NCBI GenBank assembly: GCA_964474085.1 | Contig: CAYYRJ010000007.1 | Coordinates: forward strand, 8,001 to 72,000 | DNA: 64,000 nucleotides | Direction of reading: 5' to 3' | Origin: an uncultured Planctomycetales bacterium | GTDB taxonomy: Bacteria > Omnitrophota > Gorgyraeia > Zapsychrales > JANLHA01 | In this document: in pieces, positions 29,621 through 39,393 of the stretch | Position numbering within the stretch: the stretch's first letter is position 1 | Layout of the letters: every line of letters starts with the position of its first letter | Notes under the pieces: model-generated | Seen by the model: the letters and a program-made list of their open reading frames with translations, nothing else | The model's database searches: none | What the model was told of the DNA's origin: nothing | Translations under genes and position numbers: made by a program

Positions 29621-30091
29621 CTAATTTGAAATCGGCGCAGAATCAAGCACTTCAGTCACAGCACTTTGAAGATGCGAAGAAAGCTTTTTCCAGGTGCGTG
29701 CACCAACTTTTCCATCAGCAGTTAAACCGTTTTGTGTCTGAAACTCACGGATAGCTTTTTTGCTCTTAGGCCCGATATTGCCGTCGATCGGACCATTGTA
29801 AAGACCGGCGTTTTTAAGCGCTTGCTGAATATTTTTGTTGGTCGGCTTGTCGCTTGATTCTGCAGGTGTCAGTTCAAGGCCTGAGGTTGGCTCTACAACT
29901 TGTGCAGGGATTGCATTAACAGGCAACGCAACATTGTGCGCTTCAAGCGTGACTGACTGCGGAGCTAAAATTGCATTACCCGCTAAAACCTGCTCGGGCG
30001 GCAAGGACATCGCTTCTTCTTTTTTGGACCCACAACCGACGACGAAAACAAATGACGCAAGAACAAGAACGGATACTTTGAGGCTGTTCAT
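29621..30091 (-). CDS. Lipoprotein with C-terminal peptidoglycan-binding (PG_binding_1) domain
   Basis: Signal peptide with lipobox (VVGC). The C-terminal motif is KNAGLYNGPIDGNIGPKSKKAIREFQTQNGLTADGKVGARTWKKL. Confidence 0.65.
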   Translation of the reverse strand: MNSLKVSVLVLASFVFVVGCGSKKEEAMSLPPEQVLAGNAILAPQSVTLEAHNVALPVNAIPAQVVEPTSGLELTPAESSDKPTNKNIQQALKNAGLYNGPIDGNIGPKSKKAIREFQTQNGLTADGKVGARTWKKLSSHLQSAVTEVLDSAPISN

Positions 30092-30361
30092 CTTAAATCT
30101 CGACTTTCTTTTGCAAAAGAAAAATGCAAAGCGCTACTTACGGTTGAAATTTACTTATCCTAAGTACTAAAAATTTTTATGTCCCTAATAATGGGCTAAT
30201 TCTATCGAAAATATTTTAATTGTCAACTCCTCACAGCCCTATTTGTTAATCAATCAACGGTTTATATCTGGCAAACCTGATTTTTGCACTTTACGATAGT
30301 AAAAAAACTTTCCAATGCTATCATATTGAAAATTAATTTCAAAAGAACGAACAAAAATCCC

Positions 30362-31012
30362 ATGGAAATATTTTTACAATTCATCAGTTTCTTTTTGCAC
30401 TTGGACAAACACATGTTCGAATTTGTCGCCAATTACGGGACATGGACGTATCTGGTTCTTTTTATTATTATCTTTTGCGAAACAGGTTTGGTCGTGACCC
30501 CCTTCTTGCCGGGCGATTCACTGCTTTTTGTAACAGGGACACTCACCGCAAACGGATCGCTAAAACTCGAATTCGCACTCGGACTTTTGTCTATCGCGGC
30601 TATTTTAGGTGACAGCGTCAACTATTGGATTGGCCACTTTATGGCACCCAAAATTTTTCATCCAAAATACCAGCGCATTTTAAAACCCGAATATTTAGAC
30701 CGCACTCAAAAATTCTTTGAAAAATACGGCGGAAAGACAATTATCCTTGCCCGCTTTTTCCCAATCATTCGTACCTTTGCGCCATTTTTGGCAGGCGTAG
30801 GAAAAATGAGCTACCGCAGATTCTTTCTCTATAATGTGATCGGTGGCTTACTTTGGGTTTGCTTGTTTATTTTAGGAGGTTATTTCTTTGGAAATCTTGC
30901 GTTTGTCAAAAAGAATTTTACAGCTGTCATTTTTGCCATTATCTTCATTTCACTTCTGCCAGGTGTCTGGGAATTTTATCAACACAAAAAATTTCCACTG
31001 CGTCAAAAATAA
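30362..31012 (+). CDS. DedA family (VTT/SNARE-associated domain) membrane protein
   Basis: The conserved DedA motif (…VTPFLPGDSLLFVTG…) is present. The likely start is MEIFLQFISFF at 30362, and the track ORF has a 26-codon upstream extension. Confidence 0.8.
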   Translation: MEIFLQFISFFLHLDKHMFEFVANYGTWTYLVLFIIIFCETGLVVTPFLPGDSLLFVTGTLTANGSLKLEFALGLLSIAAILGDSVNYWIGHFMAPKIFHPKYQRILKPEYLDRTQKFFEKYGGKTIILARFFPIIRTFAPFLAGVGKMSYRRFFLYNVIGGLLWVCLFILGGYFFGNLAFVKKNFTAVIFAIIFISLLPGVWEFYQHKKFPLRQK

Positions 31013-31026
31013 ATTTTCAAATAATA

Positions 31027-31458
31027 TTATCTTAAATTTGCAGTGAGTGTTTCAATGTCGAGCTTAGCGATCGCCAGCTCATTGAGCGCGTCTAAAACCT
31101 CAACAACATCCTTAAACCGCGCCGCTTTATCCGCACGCAAAACAACGCCAATCTCAGGGTTTTTCTTTTTGATAACGCTAAGCTTTTCTTTAAGTTCTTT
31201 GCGGGTGATAATTTTGTCGTCTAAAAAAAGAAGCCCTTCATTGTTAATCGTTACATACGCCCTGGTTTGATTTCCACTCTCTAAAGGCTTGGCGCTTTTG
31301 GCTTCCGGCAGCTTGACCTTGAGGGTCGATTGAGACAAAAGCGGCGTTGTCACCATAAAAATGACGAGCAAAACCAAAATGACGTCCGTAAAAGGCGTAA
31401 TATTGATTTCCGAAACCAGACGCGGCTTACGGGATTTTCTAATCGTTTTTATAGACAT
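31027..31458 (-). CDS. exbD: Biopolymer transport protein ExbD/TolR
   Basis: N-terminal motif (EINITPFTDVILVLLVIFMV) with a single TM helix and a periplasmic domain. Confidence 0.85.
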   Translation of the reverse strand: MSIKTIRKSRKPRLVSEINITPFTDVILVLLVIFMVTTPLLSQSTLKVKLPEAKSAKPLESGNQTRAYVTINNEGLLFLDDKIITRKELKEKLSVIKKKNPEIGVVLRADKAARFKDVVEVLDALNELAIAKLDIETLTANLR

Positions 31459-32059
31459 TTAACAAATCCAAAGTCTGCGATGCACAAAGTTCCATGTCGG
31501 TAATAAAATTGTCGATCGTCCGTGAAAAATAGTTATACGCAATGACGGCCGGAACAGCGACGGCTAAACCTGCCGCCGTACAAATAAGCGCCTCGGCAAT
31601 GCCGTTTATGACCACATTGATACCGCCAAAACCGCTGGACGCAATATCTTGAAAAGCGCGCATAATCCCCAAGACCGTTCCAAACAGCCCGATATAAACC
31701 GCGGTGCTGCCGATTGTTCCGACCACACCCGTATAACGCTCAAGCTTGCCGGTTTGAATAATAACTTCCCGCTCCATGGCGTTTGAAATCACAACTTCAT
31801 TATGCCCGTGCAGATTAAGGCCCGTTAAAACAACGCTGGCAAACGCAGCCTGTGTTTTTTGACAAAGTTCAATAGCACTTTTGATATTATTCTTTTCAAT
31901 AGCCTGTGCAATTTGCGTCATAAATTCCAAACGGTCCGTCTTAAGCCTTAAACGATAATACCAAATCCGCTCGACAATAATCGCCAATGAAACGATCGAG
32001 CAAAGAATCAAAAAATACATCGTAAACCCGCCAGCGCGCAACATTTGCCAAAATGTCAT
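31439..32059 (-). CDS. exbB: MotA/TolQ/ExbB proton-channel protein
   Basis: Three TM helices with the conserved C-terminal channel region (…GLFGTVLGIMRAFQDIASSG…). It overlaps exbD by 20 nt. Confidence 0.85.
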   Translation of the reverse strand: MTFWQMLRAGGFTMYFLILCSIVSLAIIVERIWYYRLRLKTDRLEFMTQIAQAIEKNNIKSAIELCQKTQAAFASVVLTGLNLHGHNEVVISNAMEREVIIQTGKLERYTGVVGTIGSTAVYIGLFGTVLGIMRAFQDIASSGFGGINVVINGIAEALICTAAGLAVAVPAVIAYNYFSRTIDNFITDMELCASQTLDLLNVYKND

Positions 32060-32141
32060 CTTGCCTCTCCTGTTTTATATAAACCTTATATTTTGAATAT
32101 GTGTCGTTTTAACACTTTTTGTCTGCAATAGAAACAAAACT

Positions 32142-32516
32142 TTAAAAAAATTCCGCCAAGATCGCGCCAAAACGAAAGACGATAAACCCTGCACAAATCG
32201 TCACGGCAATATTGCCCAAGGCATAAATATAATGCTCTTGTTTGAGAAGATCCGACGTTTCGAGCATCACGCTCGAAAGAGTCGTAAAAGCCCCACAAAA
32301 TCCGGTCATCAAAAGAATGCGATAATTATGGATAACCAGAAGTTTTTTCTCAAAAATAACGTCGAGAAACCCGATGATAAAACATCCTGCCAAATTAACG
32401 GCAAGCGTCCCCCACGGAAAATCAGTCCCTGTTTTATGATAAACAGCGCCCGATAAAATATAGCGGCATACCGTCCCCAAAATCCCGCCGACAACTAAAT
32501 AAATCCACTTTTCCAT
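32142..32516 (-). CDS. crcB: Fluoride ion channel CrcB/FluC
   Basis: 124 aa and four TM helices with characteristic motifs (GGILGTVCRY…, GFCGAFTTLSS). Confidence 0.88.
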   Translation of the reverse strand: MEKWIYLVVGGILGTVCRYILSGAVYHKTGTDFPWGTLAVNLAGCFIIGFLDVIFEKKLLVIHNYRILLMTGFCGAFTTLSSVMLETSDLLKQEHYIYALGNIAVTICAGFIVFRFGAILAEFF

Positions 32517-32638
32517 TTAATTTTTTTAAACGCTTTGTTGAACAATTTTCATGATTATACTCAGGCTTTGAAAAGACACAAAAGATATCTTTAACTTAAT
32601 AGAAACATTCAAATTTCTATTGATTATCATTATTGTTG

Positions 32639-32728
32639 TAAGCTCAGCAAGGCAATCCTTTTTCGGCTCAATTGTTTGGCGCCTCTATGGCGCAATTCGC
32701 CTTAAAAGAATTACCTTGCTGAGCTTAA
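32639..32728 (-). repeat. Copy 3 of the conserved-core / variable-stem hairpin repeat
   Basis: The core has a single T>A substitution. The arms taagctcagcaaggcaatcctttt / aaaagaattaccttgctgagcttaa are complementary apart from two C:A pairs, both G:U on the minus RNA. It lies 10 nt after the macB stop and about 120 nt upstream of crcB. Confidence 0.8.
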
Positions 32729-32737
32729 TAAATAATC

Positions 32738-34708
32738 TTATTCATATCTTAATGCTTCGATAGGATTTAACTGCGCGGCTTTTTGCGCGGGCCACAAACC
32801 AAACACAATACCAACCGTTACCGAAAATGTCGTCGCTAAAATAATCGACCCCAGCGAAACCTGGATCGTCCACCCGGCCAACAGGGTCAAAAGATATGAA
32901 GCGCCAGCCCCCAAAAGAATACCGGCACTGCCGCCGATACACGCCATCAAGGCGGACTCGACTAAAAACTGCACTAATATATCAGACCCGGTGGCACCGA
33001 GTGCTTTTCGCAACCCGATTTCTTTTGTCCGTTCGGTCACCGAAACAAGCATGATATTCATAATTCCAATTCCACCGACGACAAGTGAAATTGCGGCAAT
33101 GACACCCAAAAGGATTGTCATTGTTTTTGTCGTCGCGGCGATAGCATTTTTCAAATCTGCCATATTGCGAATCTGAAAAGCCTCATCCGACGAATACTTT
33201 TTAATAATCCGATGCCGCTGTTTCAAAAGATCCCCGATCTTTCCAGCCAGATCATCTAGAATCTCCGGCGAATCACCTTCGGCGTAAATGGTATCCAGAT
33301 AGTCTTTCCCCAAAACCCGTGCCATTGCCGTCGTAATTGGGACAATAATCGTATCGTCCTGATCACGAAACCCTCCTGCCCCTTTAGGCGGCAAAATACC
33401 CACGACCACAAAGTTCATTGCATTGATCTTGATCGTTTCCCCAATCGGATTGTTGTCACCGAATAATGCTCTCACAACAGTTGTCCCCAACAGCGCGACT
33501 TTGGCCCGGGTACGCGTTTCTTCTTCTGTAAAAAATCTTCCCACCGCAGGTTGTGCAGAGCGCATCGCAGCATAACTGACCGACGTTCCTTCTAATTGCG
33601 TGTTAGTATTTTTGCCGGCATAAACGGCCTGGACGCGACCAGTGACCGATGGGCTCACGCGCCGCACCGACGGCATTTCACCAATAGCGTTTAAATCGCC
33701 AAACGTCAAACGGGTAGCCTCCCCCGCCTGCATCGCAACCGCCTGCATATTGATCTGTCCGGGTCGAATCATCAAAAGATTAGACCCCAACGAAGCTAAT
33801 TGCGTTTCAATCGACGCCCGGGCACCGCTTCCTAAAGCCAGCATCGCAATCACCGCGGCTACCCCAATCAAAATTCCTAAAATTGACAAAAATGACCTTA
33901 GTTTATTAGCGATCATCGCATAAACGGCCTGATTGACTGAATCAAAGAATTTAGCCAAGTCATATCTTTTTTTAGTTGACCGCAAAACTTCATCAAGAAT
34001 CGTTTTAAACGAATCGCCCACGACAGCACCCTGATTTTGACCGCGTTTCTCATCGGAAATAATATTTCCATCGCGCATCACAATCACACGGCTGGCATGG
34101 CTAGCCATTTCTGCCTCATGGGTCACCATAATAATCGTTTTGCCCTTTTTATGAAGCTCTTTTAAAATCGTGACAATTTCATCCTTGCTTTTGCTGTCTA
34201 AATTTCCTGTCGGTTCATCGGCCATAATAATAAACGGATCATTAACAAGCGCGCGGGCAATCGCGACACGCTGCTGCTGCCCGCCGGAAAGTTGATTAGG
34301 CCGATGTGTCGCACGATCCGTTAAACCAACAGCGGATAATTCCTGGCGGACTTTTTCCAAAGAATGTCTTTGGTTGGCATACACCAAAGGAAGACCGGCG
34401 TTTTCAATCGCTGTCCGACGAGCCAAAAGATGGAATTGTTGAAAAACAAACCCGATCAAACGATTACGCAAAGCGGCTTGCTGGTCATCGCTTAAAGCAG
34501 TGATATCTTCTCCCGCCAAAATATACTGGCCCGACTGGGGCCGATCCAACAAACCCATGATATGCATGAGGGTCGATTTTCCCGAACCAGACGCGCCCAT
34601 GATGGCGACAAATTCTCCGGATGCAATCCTCAACGAAACGCCATTAACGGCCTGGACAATCTGATCGCCCATCGTATAGGTTTTAACAATGTTATTAAGC
34701 TGAATCAT
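32738..34708 (-). CDS. macB: MacB-type ABC transporter (fused ATPase plus FtsX-like permease)
   Basis: The N-terminal ABC has Walker [10 protein letters not shown], the LSGGQQQR signature and Walker B IIMADEPT. The C-terminal 4-TM FtsX/MacB permease has a periplasmic domain. The ATG is at 34706-34708. Confidence 0.88.
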   Translation of the reverse strand: MIQLNNIVKTYTMGDQIVQAVNGVSLRIASGEFVAIMGASGSGKSTLMHIMGLLDRPQSGQYILAGEDITALSDDQQAALRNRLIGFVFQQFHLLARRTAIENAGLPLVYANQRHSLEKVRQELSAVGLTDRATHRPNQLSGGQQQRVAIARALVNDPFIIMADEPTGNLDSKSKDEIVTILKELHKKGKTIIMVTHEAEMASHASRVIVMRDGNIISDEKRGQNQGAVVGDSFKTILDEVLRSTKKRYDLAKFFDSVNQAVYAMIANKLRSFLSILGILIGVAAVIAMLALGSGARASIETQLASLGSNLLMIRPGQINMQAVAMQAGEATRLTFGDLNAIGEMPSVRRVSPSVTGRVQAVYAGKNTNTQLEGTSVSYAAMRSAQPAVGRFFTEEETRTRAKVALLGTTVVRALFGDNNPIGETIKINAMNFVVVGILPPKGAGGFRDQDDTIIVPITTAMARVLGKDYLDTIYAEGDSPEILDDLAGKIGDLLKQRHRIIKKYSSDEAFQIRNMADLKNAIAATTKTMTILLGVIAAISLVVGGIGIMNIMLVSVTERTKEIGLRKALGATGSDILVQFLVESALMACIGGSAGILLGAGASYLLTLLAGWTIQVSLGSIILATTFSVTVGIVFGLWPAQKAAQLNPIEALRYE

Positions 34709-34715
34709 GCTGCCC

Positions 34716-35669
34716 TTATCTGCGACGGGTTGGCATAAAAGGATTTGTCGCGCCACCAGTTTTTGGAAGAGAATATTTTGCTGCTGTCAAAACAACTTCG
34801 TCAGATTCTGTTAATCCTTCAAGAATTTCGACATTTTTTTCATCGCTTAGCCCCAGAACAACATTACGCTCAAGGAATTTTTGCCCATTGCCGTTTTGGA
34901 CCATAACAAACGACCCTTTTTCTTTTTTTTCAACAGCCTTTAAAGGCAATAAAAGAACATCTCTCTTGCTTTCCACGATAAAATCGATGTTCGCGCTCAT
35001 CCCCGAACGAAAAAATGCAGGAATATTTTCAGAGATCAGGTCCACCTCATAAATCGTCACATTGTTGACCGTTTTGGATTCATAATAAATATGGTCAACG
35101 ATAGCTTTGATCTTGGTGTCCGGATACGCATCGAGGCTCACATTGGCAACTTGGCCGTTTTGAATCTTTCCAATATCGGTTTCATCAACTTGCGCACGCA
35201 AAATCAATCGGTCAGAAATAACAACCACATCATCCGAGGTTGTCACAGTTTGCCCCGGCTGTATGGTTCCTACGATCACTTCCCCGTCGATCGGTGACAT
35301 CAAGGGAATCGGTTTATAAACATCCTGCCACTCTTTAAGCGTCTCTCGACCTCTTCCGCGGGCGGCATCCAAAAGTGCCGCACGGTCCGTTGAGCTCATC
35401 CAGACAAGCGTATCGCCTGCTTTGATTTTTTGCCCTTCGACCACCAAAACTTGTTCGATGCGTCCGTTGACTGGAGGCTTGACCTGTAGCCGATTTTTAG
35501 GCAGCACTGTTGCTGTCGCAGAAACCGTAATTTGAATATCCCCGCGATACGGCGAAATCATTTTAACAGTTTGCTCTTGGCTTGACTTTGTTTTTGTTTT
35601 TTTCCAAATCGCCCACGAGGCGCCGATAAGAATCACCACAGTAATAATCTGCCACTTTTTAATTTTCAT
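34716..35669 (-). CDS. macA: Efflux periplasmic adaptor subunit (HlyD/MacA-like MFP)
   Basis: Signal-anchor, then biotinyl-lipoyl, beta-barrel and membrane-proximal domains typical of RND/MacA adaptors. Confidence 0.75.
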   Translation of the reverse strand: MKIKKWQIITVVILIGASWAIWKKTKTKSSQEQTVKMISPYRGDIQITVSATATVLPKNRLQVKPPVNGRIEQVLVVEGQKIKAGDTLVWMSSTDRAALLDAARGRGRETLKEWQDVYKPIPLMSPIDGEVIVGTIQPGQTVTTSDDVVVISDRLILRAQVDETDIGKIQNGQVANVSLDAYPDTKIKAIVDHIYYESKTVNNVTIYEVDLISENIPAFFRSGMSANIDFIVESKRDVLLLPLKAVEKKEKGSFVMVQNGNGQKFLERNVVLGLSDEKNVEILEGLTESDEVVLTAAKYSLPKTGGATNPFMPTRRR

Positions 35670-36918
35670 ACTCTAGCGTCTCTCCTTTGGCTTGAACCCA
35701 CTTCGCCTGCGCTAAAAGCGCGGCCGCTTGAATATCTAGAAATGTTTTTTTGGCGCCCACCAAATCATCTTCAATGATCGTCCAATTGTCAAAAGTCACA
35801 AGCCCGACGGTATATTGGGCCTGCGCAATTTTGGCCCGTTCTTCTGAAGCCAGCAAAAAATCTTTTTGAACATTGACCTTTTCAAAAGCATCCATAAAAT
35901 CATTCCAGCTTTTTTCCAGCTGATACATAATCGCATCTTTTTTGCTGCGCTGCTCTTGCTGTAATTGCAAATAAACACTGTGGGCTTTGGACAAACGGGC
36001 AACATTCGCCCCGCCGCTAAACAGAGGCACTGAAACTTTAACCGAAGCCGATGTCGCACTTTCTTGTGGTGTCCACTGATCGTCAGATTTCTGCGCACCA
36101 GCGCTTAAAACAACCGAAGGTAAAAAATCACCTCGGCTTTCTGAAACGGCAAAGCGGGCTGCATTTTTTTGCGCGGCAATCTGTAACAGCGACGGGTTGT
36201 TCTCTACAATCTTTTCAAAATCAGGATTTGCACTCAAATCATCACCAATCTCAAGTGTGCCCTGCACGCTCAATATCGAAAATTGCTCACGCCCTAATTG
36301 CGTGCTTAATTTTTTTTGTGCATTGATAAGCCCACGCTTCGCGGCATTGATCTCAAAAACAGCTTGGGATAAATTGGCTTTTGCCGTCAACAAAGCGCCC
36401 TTGTGTTCTGTTCCCGACTCATAACGCAAAGTAATCAATTCCAAATTACTTTTACGTAATTTATAAATCTCCTGTGTTAAATCCATTAATTGTTGCGCTT
36501 TGAGTAAATTGACAAATGCTTCCCTCAAGTTCAGGCGAACAGAAGCGGAAACATAACGGAAGTTTTGTTGAGAGGCTTTAATATTTTCAGAGGAAGCTCC
36601 CATCGCGTTAAAAGTCTTAAAACCATCAAATAAAAGCAGATCGCCAGACAAACCATAACTAAATGCACGGCCCGATCCGCTGGCGCTTAAATTGCTCGTC
36701 GAAGCAGAGACATCCGCCGAAAATTGCGGCAAAACAGCGCTTAACGTTATTTTTTTATCTAATTGGGCTTGGGAAACGCCTTCTTTGGCAGCGATCAAAT
36801 CCGGATGGTTTCGACTAGCTTCTTTTAAGCAATCCTCCCACGTCAGCGAATCTGCGGCTGCTGCCAAAGAAGAACATCCGAAAAAAATGACAAGAATCAG
36901 GAACCATTTTCCTTTCAT
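35659..36918 (-). CDS. tolC: TolC-family outer-membrane efflux protein
   Basis: Signal peptide and two OEP repeats with a coiled-coil/beta-barrel pattern. It is adjacent to the MacAB genes. Confidence 0.8.
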   Translation of the reverse strand: MKGKWFLILVIFFGCSSLAAAADSLTWEDCLKEASRNHPDLIAAKEGVSQAQLDKKITLSAVLPQFSADVSASTSNLSASGSGRAFSYGLSGDLLLFDGFKTFNAMGASSENIKASQQNFRYVSASVRLNLREAFVNLLKAQQLMDLTQEIYKLRKSNLELITLRYESGTEHKGALLTAKANLSQAVFEINAAKRGLINAQKKLSTQLGREQFSILSVQGTLEIGDDLSANPDFEKIVENNPSLLQIAAQKNAARFAVSESRGDFLPSVVLSAGAQKSDDQWTPQESATSASVKVSVPLFSGGANVARLSKAHSVYLQLQQEQRSKKDAIMYQLEKSWNDFMDAFEKVNVQKDFLLASEERAKIAQAQYTVGLVTFDNWTIIEDDLVGAKKTFLDIQAAALLAQAKWVQAKGETLEYEN

Positions 36919-37376
36919 TCTTTATCTTCTTTCCCTCTGCGCTCTTGGCGTGATTTTTCCATTTGCGCGATAAAACCGGCAAATTGTTGGGCCGACAAAA
37001 TTTTACGTACAGCCAAAACAGACTCCAAACGCTCGTCGACGATTTGCGATTGCAAGGCCTTGATATTATTCTGAATTTCGGTAATCTTAGCCATATCCAA
37101 ATCCGTCTTCATGAGCTCTTGATTTAAAGCTTCTTTCTGGGCGCGCATTTTTTCAAACAGCGCTTTTCTTTTTTCGCGATTTGCCAGCTTATTGTTCTCT
37201 ATTTCTTTCTTCTGCTCTGGCGTTAAATTCAATTGGCTATAAATCTCTTCGATCTTTTTTTCCATTCTCTCGTGCTTTTTAGAAAATCGATCTGCTTTCT
37301 GATCCGCATGCGCAGACGGAATCGCACAAACCCCCAAAATCAATACGGCTACCCATAAATTCTTTCTAAAATCCAT
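36915..37376 (-). CDS. Periplasmic LTXXQ-motif protein (CpxP/Spy/ZraP-like stress chaperone)
   Basis: Signal peptide, an LTPEQKKEI (LTXXQ) motif and a helical Lys/Glu-rich body. Confidence 0.6.
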   Translation of the reverse strand: MDFRKNLWVAVLILGVCAIPSAHADQKADRFSKKHERMEKKIEEIYSQLNLTPEQKKEIENNKLANREKRKALFEKMRAQKEALNQELMKTDLDMAKITEIQNNIKALQSQIVDERLESVLAVRKILSAQQFAGFIAQMEKSRQERRGKEDKE

Positions 37377-37391
37377 TCTATCCTCCTGTTT

Positions 37392-37877
37392 TTATAAAAA
37401 ATATTTCTCTATCGATGTTTGATCTGCATTACTCTGAATATCGGCGATAACATCCGACGATCGCCAAAGGGAAACCAAATACTCCCCCTGCTCTTTATCT
37501 TGACGTTTTTCGGCCAGTTGATAATAAAAACCAACGCTGCCAAGCAAAATGACTATGATCAAACCTGCCAGCGCTGGCGCTAAATATGGGAAAGAAAAAA
37601 CATCAAAAAATGCCTGAATAAACCTCTTGAGTTTTGAACGGGAGTTCGGGTCGTTTTGAATTTTATCCTTAATAATTGTCCATAAATGCTCCGGGGCCTG
37701 TTGTTGAATTGTCGACTCAAACGGCAAGGCTAATTGCTCTTTAACATCTTGGGCAAATAAACGACAATCCGCGCAAGAAAGCAAATGCTCATTGACCTGC
37801 CCGACGACTGACTGATCAGCTTCCTTGTCGAGATAATCCGTCAAAATTAAATCTTTTATTTTTTTACAGGTATTCAT
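37392..37877 (-). CDS. Anti-sigma factor with N-terminal zinc-finger (HxxxCxxC) and one TM helix
   Basis: EHLLSCADCR zinc-binding anti-sigma motif and a TM helix (LAPALAGLIIVILLGSVGFY). It is translationally coupled to the ECF sigma gene by a 14-nt overlap. Confidence 0.65.
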   Translation of the reverse strand: MNTCKKIKDLILTDYLDKEADQSVVGQVNEHLLSCADCRLFAQDVKEQLALPFESTIQQQAPEHLWTIIKDKIQNDPNSRSKLKRFIQAFFDVFSFPYLAPALAGLIIVILLGSVGFYYQLAEKRQDKEQGEYLVSLWRSSDVIADIQSNADQTSIEKYFL

Positions 37878-38421
37878 AATCCGCCTGCTTTCGTGTCGTC
37901 AAAATCTTTTCTCTCGCTCTTTTTAACCGGGAGCGAACGGTGTTGATATTAATTTGCAGCGTTTCAGCAATCTGCTGATAACTTAAGCCCTCAATATTCC
38001 GCAGGATAACGCAAGTGCGATGCTCTTCATTTAGAGAGCTTAAAATTTTGTCAACCGCTGTATGATGATGTTCTTTTTCAATCTGTTTATGAACATCCGC
38101 CTCGACGCGAGGAGCTAAATGGTCCTCATATTCTACAGAACTATTTTTCTGGCCTTTTGTTTTTCTGGCAAAGTTGATCGCACAATTTACAGCAATCCGG
38201 TACACCCAGGTTTTGAGTGATGACTCCCCGCGAAATTGTTTTAGCTTGGAATGCATAATCAGAAAAACCTCCTGGGTCACTTCCTGCGCATCTTCTTTAT
38301 TATAAGTAATCCTCAAGGCGACATTGTAAACAAAGCTTGATGTGGCCTTATATATCATTTCGAATGCCGCAATATTGCCCTCTGCCGCCTGTATAATAAT
38401 GTCGTCGGAAATTTCCTGCAT
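37864..38421 (-). CDS. ECF (sigma-70 family, group IV) RNA polymerase sigma factor
   Basis: Region 2 (EVTQEVFLIMHSKLKQFRGESSLKTWVYRIAVNCAINFAR) and region 4 (LSYQQIAETLQININTVRSRLKRAREKI). An extended -10 (TGgTATAAT) lies at 38454-38462 upstream. Confidence 0.85.
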   Translation of the reverse strand: MQEISDDIIIQAAEGNIAAFEMIYKATSSFVYNVALRITYNKEDAQEVTQEVFLIMHSKLKQFRGESSLKTWVYRIAVNCAINFARKTKGQKNSSVEYEDHLAPRVEADVHKQIEKEHHHTAVDKILSSLNEEHRTCVILRNIEGLSYQQIAETLQININTVRSRLKRAREKILTTRKQADYEYL

Positions 38422-38477
38422 GAATACTTTCTCTATTGTTTTGAAAAAACGTTTTCATTATACCACCTCAAAGACCA

Positions 38478-39116
38478 TCAACGGCCATACATTGCCTTTA
38501 ATTGCGAGACTTTGGGAAACTGCGAATAAAGTTCCCCTTGTGGACCGACAAACCCTTGCTCTGTTCTTTTAAGTAAAACAGCCGTATAACCGCCCTGGGC
38601 ATTGGGAATATTCACTGTAAACGACTCCTGTAAATTTGAATCGTCCGCTACAGCATTAATTTGTATCGGCGTTGTTTTTCCTGTTGAAGAACTTACAACA
38701 GTCGGTTGAACAAATTCCACCGGCGGCGAAACAACTTCAAAACCTTTTCGTGTATAAACATAATACGTCCCATTATCTTCATAATACGTCACCCCGCGAA
38801 TCACAACAGGCCGATAATCTCGAGGGATACTGTGAACAACCGCTCCTACGGGAGGTGCTACGACAACATATTCGCCATCAAAACGACTATAAAATAACCC
38901 ATCATAATAATAGTACCGCGCACCCGATAACCGGATCGTCGAAAACTGACTCGGCAGCCAAGATATCCGCAGTCCCCAGCGGGGATGATCCTGATATCGA
39001 TAATAATGATGATTTTCGCGATGACCGCCGCGATCCGCATATGCTCCCTGCGGGGCAACTAATAAGAAGATACCTGCCAGAAGACCCGCCCAAAGACTTA
39101 TCCTGTTTTTCATCAT
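38478..39116 (-). CDS. Secreted Tyr/Arg-rich hypothetical protein
   Basis: Signal peptide (AGIFLLVAPQGAYA), then a His/Tyr/Arg-rich region and a repetitive YY-containing beta-rich body. No known domain was recognised. Confidence 0.4.
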   Translation of the reverse strand: MMKNRISLWAGLLAGIFLLVAPQGAYADRGGHRENHHYYRYQDHPRWGLRISWLPSQFSTIRLSGARYYYYDGLFYSRFDGEYVVVAPPVGAVVHSIPRDYRPVVIRGVTYYEDNGTYYVYTRKGFEVVSPPVEFVQPTVVSSSTGKTTPIQINAVADDSNLQESFTVNIPNAQGGYTAVLLKRTEQGFVGPQGELYSQFPKVSQLKAMYGR

Positions 39117-39229
39117 TTTTCTCCTCTATTAAAAATTAATTTTCGAGCCTATTCGTCAGATTAGACACAAAAAAACCGAGAAAAGTTCCATTTATTCTTA
39201 AATCGGAAACAAACTAAGGCTAAAAGAAA

Positions 39230-39385
39230 TTATTTCTTTTTTGAGGAAGGAAATTTCTTAGTCTCGCTGCCGCAGTCGCAACCGCCGCAACCGGACTTTT
39301 TTTTGATGAAGGAAAAATAAAGCACAATGCCTGTCGTAAGCAAAACGATGGCCATCGCCAAAACAGATTGTGCGTCTGTCGTCAT
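39230..39385 (-). CDS. FeoB-associated Cys-rich membrane mini-protein (unlisted 51-aa ORF: MTTDAQSVLAMAIVLLTTGIVLYFSFIKKKSGCGGCDCGSETKKFPSSKKK)
   Basis: The ATG is at 39383-39385, 9 nt downstream of the feoB stop. It has one TM helix and a C-terminal GCGGCDCG cluster, and it is adjacent to feoB. It is below the 60-aa cut-off of the ORF track. Confidence 0.6.
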   Translation of the reverse strand: MTTDAQSVLAMAIVLLTTGIVLYFSFIKKKSGCGGCDCGSETKKFPSSKKK

Positions 39386-39393
39386 AATTTACT

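Noticed and set aside
32517-32637. Expected a fluoride riboswitch (crcB motif) upstream of crcB
   Set aside because: Read the minus-strand 5' region. There is no GGCGAUGG…CCGCC…AUGAUGCCUAC-like consensus. The only structured element nearby is repeat copy 3.
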